26,586 nucleotides of DNA from a virus (Duplodnaviria > Caudoviricetes), in the IMG/VR virus record IMGVR_UViG_3300010236_000014, positions 1-26,586 of that record, one strand, 5' to 3'. Shown piece by piece: positions 1 to 8,653 of this stretch. Positions within the stretch are counted from its first letter, which is position 1; every line of letters begins with the position of its first letter. The translations under genes were made by a program, and so were the position numbers. The notes under the pieces are model-generated. The model was not told the origin of the DNA and ran no database searches. It saw only the letters and a program-made list of their open reading frames with translations.

Positions 1-805
1 AGAATCTGGTCTTATACTGTTGTTCTACCCATAATTCTATCTTCGTTATCTTCTTTGTTGAACTTGCCATAACTCCTGCGGGTAAATCAGTAACAGTGAA
101 ACTTCCGTTTCCGTCAAGCCACCCATTTGATTTTATGGAAAGGTTTGCGTTAGTCATATCAAGTGCATAATCAGTTGCACCTGCCGAGATATATTTTCCA
201 AGCGTATTGTTTGTAATGAACTCAATCAGTGTTGCGTATGACGGATACCCCGTTACACTAACATCAGACCGATACCAAAAATTATCTGGCAACGCTATCT
301 TCGTGCCTTCAACCTCATCACCGAATGATATGATAGAGTCATATTCCGTTACTCCGTCCACAAATGTGATATGGTAAATCGGGTATAAAAACAACCTAGT
401 CTTTTTTGTATTTGGCAAAAAAGCTTTAAGCCAATTTTCAGAAGGGTAACCACCGTAATCTTCATAATACATAAGCCGTGTCAACGGTATCTTTAACGCT
501 TCCCACGGGTCTATCAATCCTGCACCAGAACTTCCACCGGCAGCCTTCGATAACTCCAGCGGGAATTCAAAGACTTCCGCCCCGACAGTAGTCCCGTCAG
601 ACCTAACAATGTCAGCGTTATCATCAATAGAATATTCACGCTTGAACATAGTGCAGGCTTGCAGGTATTCAGTAGCATTCCTGCTCTCAAAATAAGGCTT
701 AATGTAACCTTCGGTAACATCTACGTTCTTGCACACCTTTGAAGAACCCTCTTTCGCAAGAGAACTCTCAACGCTTTTGTCAAGATACCCGAATACTGCC
801 TGCAT
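1..805 (-). CDS. Virion tail protein, possibly a P22 gp10-like tail hub/stabilisation protein; runs off the window edge
   Basis: Not in the ORF track. AAGGAGG precedes ATG at 805 and the frame is open to position 1 (MQAVFGYLDKSVESSLAKEGSSKVCKNVDVTEGYIKPYF...). The function is inferred from position only. Confidence 0.6.
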   Translation of the reverse strand, partial: MQAVFGYLDKSVESSLAKEGSSKVCKNVDVTEGYIKPYFESRNATEYLQACTMFKREYSIDDNADIVRSDGTTVGAEVFEFPLELSKAAGGSSGAGLIDPWEALKIPLTRLMYYEDYGGYPSENWLKAFLPNTKKTRLFLYPIYHITFVDGVTEYDSIISFGDEVEGTKIALPDNFWYRSDVSVTGYPSYATLIEFITNNTLGKYISAGATDYALDMTNANLSIKSNGWLDGNGSFTVTDLPAGVMASSTKKITKIELWVEQQYKTRF

Positions 806-813
806 ATCCCTCC

Positions 814-1314
814 TTAAAATATCTTGAAAGAAACGCCAAAATGGACATCCCCGTCAAGTGTATACCCAACAAATGGCACAATGTTTCGCCACCTGTATCC
901 TACGTCAGCCCCGATACTGTCAAAGTCTGTAAATACACCAAATTCAACGTTCTTAATGTTAGCTATATTATAACATAAAACGGGCTTTTTGTCAAAGGTT
1001 ATTCCAACCCTCACAGGTGAAAGCCAGTCAAACTCTTTCTTAAAACTCACGGTGTCCACGGTCATCTCGTCTGGCAAGAACGTAAGCTCGCTGTCCAGAC
1101 GCCAGTCATCGTTGATTTTTTCTAAAACAATAGCATATGGCTTCACAATTGTGGACGTTCCGTCAACATACTGTATTTGACCCTCAACCTTGATGACTTC
1201 TTTCTCTTTGATTATGACGTTATCAATTACCTTCGGGAAGAAGTTACGCACCACAAGGACGGTCAGGATAACGACAAGGATAAATAACAAAAAGGTCTCA
1301 ATCTTCTTTTTCAC
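814..1314 (-). CDS. Membrane-anchored lysis-cassette protein with C-terminal amphipathic beta strands (spanin-like candidate)
   Basis: N-terminal MKKK plus hydrophobic helix; C-terminus ...GADVGYRW...PFVGYTL...VHFGVSFKIF; start overlaps the amidase stop. Confidence 0.55.
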   Translation of the reverse strand: MKKKIETFLLFILVVILTVLVVRNFFPKVIDNVIIKEKEVIKVEGQIQYVDGTSTIVKPYAIVLEKINDDWRLDSELTFLPDEMTVDTVSFKKEFDWLSPVRVGITFDKKPVLCYNIANIKNVEFGVFTDFDSIGADVGYRWRNIVPFVGYTLDGDVHFGVSFKIF

Positions 1315-1880
1315 GAAAACAGCGTCCCTTCTTTCAGGTTGCTCAAAAACTCTTTGCTTATGGTAACCTGATTTTTAAGCATAAGCCATTCATCGGGATT
1401 ATTGACATACCACCTATGGCAATCCTTTTTCCTGACAGTAACATCGTAGTGCCTGAATATATCTTTACCGAACAGGTTATACTCACCAGACTTTACTGCA
1501 AGAAGCCACAGCAAGGCGTATCTCGTCTGCTCTGTCATCTCACCGTCATCATTAAGCACACAGCATTCTATACCCAGCATACAATCGTTGGGAAACCCGT
1601 GTGTTATCAGCAAGCTATCAGGCGTGTCCTTGTATGAGGCGTGATAAGCTATCTCGTCATCGGGTATCATCTGCAGGATAGAGCCGTCAAAGTCTATGAC
1701 GAAGTGTGCCGACACAAACTTCTTTTCCTTCGGGGCGTATTTGTCAAAGTATCTCCTGACAGTCTCGGCGTCCTGACCCGGCACACCAGTCCAATGGACG
1801 ACAAGCCCACGGACACCCATATTCTTTATCGCAGGTCTTGAATATTTGTTTTTGTGTATTAACCTATCATCAATAACCAT
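1311..1880 (-). CDS. Endolysin, N-acetylmuramoyl-L-alanine amidase (Amidase_2/PGRP fold)
   Basis: Motifs VVHWT, SAHFVI, IAYHA, GIEC, RHYDVT..KDC; probable ATG at 1880. Confidence 0.9.
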   Translation of the reverse strand: MVIDDRLIHKNKYSRPAIKNMGVRGLVVHWTGVPGQDAETVRRYFDKYAPKEKKFVSAHFVIDFDGSILQMIPDDEIAYHASYKDTPDSLLITHGFPNDCMLGIECCVLNDDGEMTEQTRYALLWLLAVKSGEYNLFGKDIFRHYDVTVRKKDCHRWYVNNPDEWLMLKNQVTISKEFLSNLKEGTLFS

Positions 1881-2221
1881 ATTCCTGCCACCAACTCCGC
1901 AAGCGGATACCACCACCGTTTTTTAATCGTCCACTTGTAAAACTTGAACGGATACGGTGAAATCCACCGCCCGAACACGAGATTGTAGATACGTTCAAAA
2001 CAAAAATCACCAACAAGGAAAGCACCTGCCAGATAGATTATCCCAAAGCCGTTATAGGTGAGTATCATCAGAAAGACAAGGACGGTTTCCATTGCCCTGT
2101 AAATGTGATATTCATCTATTCCCAAAAAGAACCTGTTGTATCCGTCGTCTCCGTCAAAATGGATACTCTCAATGATAGCCCTTGTGCAGAAGTAAAGCAT
2201 AACACAAAGAAGAAATATCAT
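1859..2221 (-). CDS. Multi-pass membrane protein in the lysis cassette
   Basis: Several hydrophobic segments; ATGA coupling to the upstream gene. Confidence 0.6.
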   Translation of the reverse strand: MIFLLCVMLYFCTRAIIESIHFDGDDGYNRFFLGIDEYHIYRAMETVLVFLMILTYNGFGIIYLAGAFLVGDFCFERIYNLVFGRWISPYPFKFYKWTIKKRWWYPLAELVAGIWLLMIG

Positions 2222-2490
2222 TTCTCACCCTCTCCCCTGAACCCACAGACACGTTCTGGTTCGGGTTCTTCTGCCCCAGACTTCATGGCATAATCAAATG
2301 CCCGATACTGCTGTTTGGAATATTCCCTCGCCCCGATGAGCATACCATACAATCCCAAGGTGATTGCCACATATTCGCCGCCTGATATTTTACCGTTAAG
2401 TATAAGATACGCCGTGAATATAAAAAGCCCCGTGAACGCCCAGACCTTAATAGACAACAGCTTCGATAAAAACTCCTTGATACGGTTCAT
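2218..2490 (-). CDS. Putative holin (two TM helices)
   Basis: MNRIKEFLSKLLSIKVWAFTGLFIFTAYLIL...YVAITLGLYGMLIG with a charged tail; ATG at 2490 overlaps the upstream stop. Confidence 0.65.
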   Translation of the reverse strand: MNRIKEFLSKLLSIKVWAFTGLFIFTAYLILNGKISGGEYVAITLGLYGMLIGAREYSKQQYRAFDYAMKSGAEEPEPERVCGFRGEGEK

Positions 2491-2750
2491 CTTAATCCTT
2501 TCAAAAACCAAGCCAATGCCGACCCGATGAAGGCTACGATAGCCGTTAACGTCATCCATAATGCAGAGTTAATCTTTGCGTCGTGTTTCTCAACGTCCCG
2601 TTTCAACCGCTCCATATCATTGCACAAAGAAGGCATATTGGACAACAGGGTCTTTAAGTCGTTTTTAATGTCCGAAATATCAGACTTAATACCGGTAATC
2701 TGTTCTTCCACTACCGCCAACCTTTCGTTTTCAGTTTTCGTCATCAGCAA
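2487..2750 (-). CDS. XhlA-like coiled-coil protein with C-terminal TM helix (holin accessory)
   Basis: ERLAVVEEQI..IKSDISDIKNDLK heptads followed by WMTLTAIVAFIGSALAWF; alternative ATG at 2744. Confidence 0.65.
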   Translation of the reverse strand: MLMTKTENERLAVVEEQITGIKSDISDIKNDLKTLLSNMPSLCNDMERLKRDVEKHDAKINSALWMTLTAIVAFIGSALAWFLKGLR

Positions 2751-2761
2751 TCCCTATCCCC

Positions 2762-4066
2762 TTAAAGCTTGTTCGCTTTATACATAACTTTTCCACCGTG
2801 CATATAAGCGGAAGCACCCAAAGTATCGCCTGCGACATCTCCATTGCGTGTCAGCCTCATAACAAGCTCTTGGTCGTCGCTGTCAGGTGTCGCTAACGTG
2901 AAGTCCGTGTATGTAAGCCCGTTTGCCGTAGCAGAAGAAGTCCCGTCAACACTGACAGTCGTTCCGGATGTCGTTGACATATCCTCGTTAGCCTTGCGGT
3001 AGATATAATCTAACTGCCATTTACAGGTCGCCGATGTGGTAGGACTTTCCCAAAAAACTCTCAATGTCGGGGCAACGCTCCTGTCCATATTCGGTCTTAA
3101 CGGTGTAGTAAAAGATGTCTGGCGGACAAGGTTGTCGGCATATTCCCACGCCGTATCAAGACCACGTGCAACCTGCGAGGCGGCACTTGCCCCTGAGGCT
3201 GAAACCGCACCGACAGGTATCTGTATGTCGCAGTCATACCGTGCGTCTCCATACAGGGTAACACTGCCGTCATTGGCGATGTTGAGATAATCAGTTGTTC
3301 CGCCGTCTCCGATGTCTATACCATTGCTGGCGGAGTATTCTTGTAAAGAATTAGTTTTTATTCCACCATTTGGTAATGATATGCTTTTATCAGAGCCATT
3401 AAATATTATATAGTCTTGCGTAGTAGACGAGCCATCGTGTTGTGCGGCAGATATCCTACCTTTGTAGTATGGTGCTCCATTATACAACATTACCAACTTT
3501 GTGTTCCCAGTCTGTGTTATTCTATATCCAATATAATCAGCGTCAGATGTTCCGTTCACGTCAACAAGACTGCCAGAAGAATTTTCTCCGTCAAAAAGAC
3601 CCTGGACAACAACATTGCTTTTTATCGAAAACTTATTGGTGCTGTCAAAGGATAGTCCATATGTCGCCCCACTATACCCTATCGTGTTTGTTCCAAGTGC
3701 GATACAGTCATTTGATGTTATACACCCAGTCCCATGAGCTTCAAGCGTGTCGGTCTTAACCGTTCCACTGAAATCAGCTCCACCGTCTTTAAGCAGAACG
3801 CCGTCAACGGTAACGCCAGTGTCAGCTGTATGCTCATTAATCGTGTCAACCTTTAAGACACCGTCTAAATCAACAGTATCTCCTGAATTGAACAACGAAA
3901 CAGTCGTTGTGGGGGCATCTCTTGTGAATATCCCGACATCTAAATCACCCATAGCTATACCACTGTCAACGGCAATGTTGTCGGTGATAGACACGATATT
4001 ATCATTAGTTCCCACGACTTTAGAACTATGTAGCTCTGAATACGGTGCGTCTTTATGAATAGGCAT
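2762..4066 (-). CDS. Tail fibre/spike-like protein
   Basis: G/T/S/D-rich 434 aa protein with repeated K(V/T)DT(I/L)xE-like beta motifs and a globular C-terminal domain; lies in the structural arm. Confidence 0.65.
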   Translation of the reverse strand: MPIHKDAPYSELHSSKVVGTNDNIVSITDNIAVDSGIAMGDLDVGIFTRDAPTTTVSLFNSGDTVDLDGVLKVDTINEHTADTGVTVDGVLLKDGGADFSGTVKTDTLEAHGTGCITSNDCIALGTNTIGYSGATYGLSFDSTNKFSIKSNVVVQGLFDGENSSGSLVDVNGTSDADYIGYRITQTGNTKLVMLYNGAPYYKGRISAAQHDGSSTTQDYIIFNGSDKSISLPNGGIKTNSLQEYSASNGIDIGDGGTTDYLNIANDGSVTLYGDARYDCDIQIPVGAVSASGASAASQVARGLDTAWEYADNLVRQTSFTTPLRPNMDRSVAPTLRVFWESPTTSATCKWQLDYIYRKANEDMSTTSGTTVSVDGTSSATANGLTYTDFTLATPDSDDQELVMRLTRNGDVAGDTLGASAYMHGGKVMYKANKL

Positions 4067-4071
4067 TTATC

Positions 4072-4404
4072 TCACCCCCCAATCCAATACACTTCGCCAT
4101 CCTCTGAAGTAAATGCTTCGCCAGAAGTATCATATAACAGGCGTTCGTTCCACATTTTTAAAAAGTATGTCCAGAAGTTATCCGTGCGTATCAGCTCCTG
4201 AAATAACTGCTGAATGGCGTAGTCAAGCGGTAGCCTGTCATAGTCACCACCGATACTTACAGTCGGCAATAACTCAGTCTTTAACTTCCCGTTCTCATCG
4301 TAAATATCTAAGTCGGTATATACCTCGTGCTTACCGCTCTTCTGCTTGATATTTGTGACTTTGTTGGTTTCTGCGAGAATACTCTTGCGACCGCTTATTT
4401 TCAT
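4072..4404 (-). CDS. Hypothetical virion-associated protein
   Basis: 110 aa ORF, ATGA-coupled within the structural operon. Confidence 0.6.
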   Translation of the reverse strand: MKISGRKSILAETNKVTNIKQKSGKHEVYTDLDIYDENGKLKTELLPTVSIGGDYDRLPLDYAIQQLFQELIRTDNFWTYFLKMWNERLLYDTSGEAFTSEDGEVYWIGG

Positions 4405-5153
4405 GGCATCCCCGGAACAGGTTTTACGGTAGGTATCCGACCTGCAAGATTATCGATGTCAAACCTGCCGACTTCTTCACGATAGCGATACACATACGAT
4501 TGTGCCCTGTTCTGGTCTTCTTCTATCCCTATCTTGCGTAATGCCTGCGAGCAGATATTGAACACAAGGGCGTCTTCCAGTTTCTCTGGCAATTCTATCT
4601 CAACGGCGTCAGTAGCATACGTCCCATATTTCTGGACATTCGCAACGATTGTATAGTCGGCACTATGGTCTGGTGTGGTAGAACCAGTAGACGACTGCTC
4701 AACCTTGTAGATAACAGCTATTGTCGGTGTCCCGACAGTCTCACGCCAGTTATCATAGTTTGTGTCCATATAACTCACATCACGGACTTCAAGGATTGTG
4801 TCGTCATAATAGAATGTTTTCGGTTCATACGTATCACTGTTGATATAGAAGTAGGCGGCAGAAGCGCCATCATCGTCCGCCGCCGTTGGTAAGGGATAAA
4901 GCCTGTATGTGATAATGTCCGAACCGAATGCAGGCATCTCATCTATTTCGGTGTCATAGAAGACAGTGCCTGTCAATGAAACATCCTGTAACTGGATATT
5001 AGTGTCTCTCGCCGTATTCCTGATAGCCTTTAACGTGTAATTCCTAAATGTTGAGTAATCCCAATATTTAGGTGTCCAGCCCGCAGACGTTACGTCTGTG
5101 GCGTCTTCGTTTAATTCTATCAGTGCACTTTCCATTAACTCGGCTACTGTCAT
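4401..5153 (-). CDS. Putative head-tail adaptor protein
   Basis: MTVAELM..AL..L start and C-terminal IELPEKLEDALVF..C..AL pattern typical of podoviral adaptors; AAGGTG RBS. Confidence 0.55.
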   Translation of the reverse strand: MTVAELMESALIELNEDATDVTSAGWTPKYWDYSTFRNYTLKAIRNTARDTNIQLQDVSLTGTVFYDTEIDEMPAFGSDIITYRLYPLPTAADDDGASAAYFYINSDTYEPKTFYYDDTILEVRDVSYMDTNYDNWRETVGTPTIAVIYKVEQSSTGSTTPDHSADYTIVANVQKYGTYATDAVEIELPEKLEDALVFNICSQALRKIGIEEDQNRAQSYVYRYREEVGRFDIDNLAGRIPTVKPVPGMP

Positions 5154-5164
5154 ACCACATCACC

Positions 5165-5485
5165 TTAAATTTCTACTTCAACAGTAAACCGCTGGAATTC
5201 CTCGTATCCTTCATTAAAGAATTCTTCAATGCCTTTTTCAGGATTAAACCGTTTCGGCATATTCTTGATGACCCTGCGGAGTTTCCTGATTTCATTTTTG
5301 GGAAGCTCTGTCCACTGTCCGATAGGATAGCGAACCCACTCGCCCTTCTCCTTGTCGAAATATTTCTGGGATTTAGAACCCCAGACATCCCTGACAATAC
5401 ATCTCACCATTTCATACCTGTCATCAGTCTCTTTAACAGGTTTAATTCCTTCGCCTTCTGTTTTAGCAGTAGTCTTTGTAGCCAT
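5165..5485 (-). CDS. Hypothetical protein
   Basis: GGAGGT RBS before ATG at 5485 (MATKTTAK...), a better start than 5515. Confidence 0.65.
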   Translation of the reverse strand: MATKTTAKTEGEGIKPVKETDDRYEMVRCIVRDVWGSKSQKYFDKEKGEWVRYPIGQWTELPKNEIRKLRRVIKNMPKRFNPEKGIEEFFNEGYEEFQRFTVEVEI

Positions 5486-5506
5486 TTCAACCTCCATTGG
5501 TTTAGT

Positions 5507-5525
5507 GGGGGGCATTAAGCCCCCC
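5507..5525. terminator. GC-rich hairpin after the capsid genes (terminator or mRNA stabiliser)
   Basis: GGGGGGC-ATTAA-GCCCCCC perfect 7 bp stem; no clear U-tract on the minus strand. Confidence 0.5.
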
Positions 5526-5539
5526 TGTTAGCATTTACC

Positions 5540-6046
5540 TTACTCACCAGCGGGCGTATAATAAATATCAAGCCCGTAGAGCTTAATCGCCGTGGTGGCG
5601 GCACCAGTGAACACAACCTCCAGAGACACCAAAGTATCCTGGTCTACCTTGATTGTCGAGGCAGGAGTCAGTTCAATGGCGTATGTCGCAGCCGCAGTTT
5701 TTGTAAGTGTCCCGGTCGCAGCAACGGTAGTCGCAGCAGGAACATTCGTTGTCGCATTATAAGCGACAGTGTGGAACTCAGCTGTTGCGGTAGTAATATC
5801 GGCAACAGTTACGTTGTAGTGGATAACTACCTTGTCGATAGTAGTCCCAACAAGCTCATCCTGTGAGAAGTAATCAGTCAATGGGATTTCAAATGCAGGC
5901 GCACTATCCCCGGGAGTCTTATTATATGACAGGATGTCGCTCGACTTTGCAAGTGTCCACGTGGCTGTTCCGTCAAGGTCGAGCCCGACAAAAGCCTTCG
6001 CAGACAGCATTTTAACTTTCTGGTCTTTAGTAGAATAAAAAGCCAT
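5540..6046 (-). CDS. Putative capsid decoration/cement protein
   Basis: Directly follows the major capsid gene; strong AAGGAGGTG RBS; A/T-rich beta-type sequence. Confidence 0.55.
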   Translation of the reverse strand: MAFYSTKDQKVKMLSAKAFVGLDLDGTATWTLAKSSDILSYNKTPGDSAPAFEIPLTDYFSQDELVGTTIDKVVIHYNVTVADITTATAEFHTVAYNATTNVPAATTVAATGTLTKTAAATYAIELTPASTIKVDQDTLVSLEVVFTGAATTAIKLYGLDIYYTPAGE

Positions 6047-6057
6047 AATTCACCTCC

Positions 6058-7068
6058 TTACGCAGGCATCTCGGCATAAAGAACGACCACGGCGTCGTCA
6101 TTGAGAACGACAGAAGCGTGAGCGAACTTGCCGGTTACGATGTCAAACTGTGCCCAGTAGTCAGGAGAAGTCCCTCGTGCATAAGTGCGGACTTCAACAG
6201 ACTTCTTGTCGAGTTCGACAACACCATAAGGCATTCTTGACCCGTCCATACCAATCAGCAGGAACGGATATACAGCCCTGCTGTTTCCACCGCCTGTAGC
6301 CGAAGCAACAGTCATATTATCATCAAGGATAATCCTGAAAGGGCCCGCAGCACCAATCTCATCATCAAGAATAAAGTTATCGAAAGAATACTCATTCTTG
6401 GGAATGAAACCTGTAAGTGTCCGCCAGAACGACTGTGTAGCCGTCGGGGCAAACAGGAGATACGAAGCAGGCAGAGAACTTGACCCGTAACGGGTAGAGT
6501 TCATAATCTGCTTTGTAACAGGCTTAATCAGGTTACTCCTCATAATCTGTGCGGCGGTCTCCAGAATTGTGGTTGTGATAGGAATATCACACTGTGTAAA
6601 TGTCGAACCGTCGAAATCTACTTTGATATTGGTATAAGGCGTTGCAGATGAGTAACAAGCCCACACAGAATTAGTCGCATAAAGAGAAGTCAGGATAAGA
6701 GAGCCCAGCTTCTCCTTTGCAGTCTCCTGTATCATCATCTGATGTTCCCGAATAATCGGGTCTTCAATGGTCAGTGTTACCTGGTCGGTAATCTTGTGTC
6801 CAGCACCATACCACCCGATTGATACCGTGGTGTCGGTAGCAGCAGCCTGACTGAACGGAGGCTGAACACCGTCAGTGATAGACTGCCAAGTGGTGGTCTT
6901 ATCATACCTGCGGAAAGCAACAGTCTTACTGTTGTGTGAAGGCAGGTTTACTTTATATGCGAACTGGTAAAGCGGACTGTTATTGTATAGGACGTCCAGC
7001 AAATCCTTGGTATAAAACTGGTCGACTACCGATGTAACATTAGCAGTAGTCGTTGTTCCATAAGCCAT
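6058..7068 (-). CDS. Major capsid protein (N4-gp56-like family)
   Basis: LPSHNSKTVAFRRY, DGVQP, YG...ITDQV, EIGAAGPFRII motifs; sits after portal and scaffold. Confidence 0.85.
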   Translation of the reverse strand: MAYGTTTTANVTSVVDQFYTKDLLDVLYNNSPLYQFAYKVNLPSHNSKTVAFRRYDKTTTWQSITDGVQPPFSQAAATDTTVSIGWYGAGHKITDQVTLTIEDPIIREHQMMIQETAKEKLGSLILTSLYATNSVWACYSSATPYTNIKVDFDGSTFTQCDIPITTTILETAAQIMRSNLIKPVTKQIMNSTRYGSSSLPASYLLFAPTATQSFWRTLTGFIPKNEYSFDNFILDDEIGAAGPFRIILDDNMTVASATGGGNSRAVYPFLLIGMDGSRMPYGVVELDKKSVEVRTYARGTSPDYWAQFDIVTGKFAHASVVLNDDAVVVLYAEMPA

Positions 7069-7083
7069 ATAATCACCTCCTGA

Positions 7084-8331
7084 TTATCTTCCGTAAACTT
7101 TGTTACGGTATTTGTTTTTTAGTTCCTGAAACTCTTTGCTTCGGAAGTCAAGGCTGTCAAGATACGCCGCTTGTTCGGCAGGCGTCATATCATCAAATGC
7201 CTTCTTCCTTGTTCCGCCAGCCGTTGCTCCCCTGACGGTAGCAGAAGCTTTTAACTTCTCCGCCGACTGGTTTACATTAGCCGTTTTTGACGGCGACGTC
7301 TGGTTGGCAGGACTACCTTGTGAGCCTCCTGCACTTGGAACAGCCCCAAGTCTTTGGGCTTCTTCGACATAGATTTTGAAAAAGTCTGAAAAGTTGCGGT
7401 CAACTCTTCGGCGTAAATCATCGTCTCCAATGACACGCTCATGGACTTTCAGCAAAACCTTTTCCAATTCACCACCAACATAAGCTTCGTATATTCCCTG
7501 AACTACTGTTGCGTCAGAATTTATGGCTTCAACGAGACAAGTCGGGAATATTCGCTCAGACAAATCGGCGATTCTTTTCATAGCGTCTGGGTCTGTTTTT
7601 CTTAAACTTGAAATCTTTTCAACGACCTCTTTGGGAAACTCAACAGTCCCAGTGTTTTCACTGAATTTCATCGCCTCTACATCTTCGATGTCCAACGTAT
7701 ACGGGTCTGTATTCGTTGTTTTTAGAAGCTGTTTAATGGCGGTCTGGTCTCCGTCATACAACTTCTTTGCGAATTCCAACTGCTCTTCCGTCATTCCATA
7801 CTTCTCCAACAGTTCAGCTCTCGGTCTTAACGCTTCAATCTCTTTTTCCAGTTCAGGAAATTTAAGAGACTTCTGCCAAGCCATTCTTATGTCTTCTTCT
7901 GTTACCTCACGCTCATATTCTTTTCCATAAAATTTATACTTAATCTTAAACTTGTTTTTTTCTTCCGTCTCCGCTTCAACCTCTGTCTTTTCCTCGGTCT
8001 CAGCAGGCTCTTCGTCTATTCGTTCGTCCGTTCCTTCTGCGGGCTCTCCACCCACTTCTTGCTCTTCTTGTTCCTGTGGTGCTGTTTCTTCACTCTTGAC
8101 TTCTTCTGCTCCTCGCTCTTCTTCCGCCACGTCTTGAACGACCTCTGTTTCTTCTTTGACATCTCCCCCGACTTCAACTTGCTCGGCTTCATATTCCAAT
8201 CCCTCCAATTCTACTTCGGGTAAACCGCCATTCAACGCTTCTTTGAATTTGTTCCAATACGTAGGCGTGTCTGTTATCTTGTCCATAAGTTCGGGGTTTT
8301 GGTTAATGTCCTCCAGCTTATACTTCGGCAT
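7084..8331 (-). CDS. Capsid scaffolding protein
   Basis: Very acidic N-terminus, helical core, low-complexity C-terminus; between portal and capsid. ATG 8331 is better spaced from AAGGAG than 8337. Confidence 0.7.
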   Translation of the reverse strand: MPKYKLEDINQNPELMDKITDTPTYWNKFKEALNGGLPEVELEGLEYEAEQVEVGGDVKEETEVVQDVAEEERGAEEVKSEETAPQEQEEQEVGGEPAEGTDERIDEEPAETEEKTEVEAETEEKNKFKIKYKFYGKEYEREVTEEDIRMAWQKSLKFPELEKEIEALRPRAELLEKYGMTEEQLEFAKKLYDGDQTAIKQLLKTTNTDPYTLDIEDVEAMKFSENTGTVEFPKEVVEKISSLRKTDPDAMKRIADLSERIFPTCLVEAINSDATVVQGIYEAYVGGELEKVLLKVHERVIGDDDLRRRVDRNFSDFFKIYVEEAQRLGAVPSAGGSQGSPANQTSPSKTANVNQSAEKLKASATVRGATAGGTRKKAFDDMTPAEQAAYLDSLDFRSKEFQELKNKYRNKVYGR

Positions 8332-8653
8332 ACTCATCTCCTTCGTCTAATGCCAACAACTCGCTTTCACCAATCTCGTAGTAGTCGGCAACATACTTGA
8401 TAAACCAATCAATCGCTTTCAACCGTTTCAAGTTTCGCAATGCGTTTTCCACAGCCTCGCTATCTTCCTCAATCATCGCCAAGTCCAACGCCTCTCGGCT
8501 TGTCTTGATGAACTTGCCCCTGAAATCATAAAAGACTTTCTTGAAGTCCTCGTTATTCGCAAGTGTTTTCATCGCAAATCCCATATTGCGTTTCTCTAAA
8601 GCAATCGCCTTGAGTCTTTCCTTCTGCTCTTTTGTCATAAAAGGATTAAACAT
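8318..8653 (-). CDS. Hypothetical protein between portal and scaffold
   Basis: Helical ORF (TLANNEDFKKVF...), probable ATG at 8653. Confidence 0.65.
   Translation of the reverse strand: MFNPFMTKEQKERLKAIALEKRNMGFAMKTLANNEDFKKVFYDFRGKFIKTSREALDLAMIEEDSEAVENALRNLKRLKAIDWFIKYVADYYEIGESELLALDEGDEYAEV

Noticed and set aside
514-720. 68 aa minus-strand ORF in the track
   Set aside because: It is an alternative frame inside the longer RBS-led gene starting at 805.
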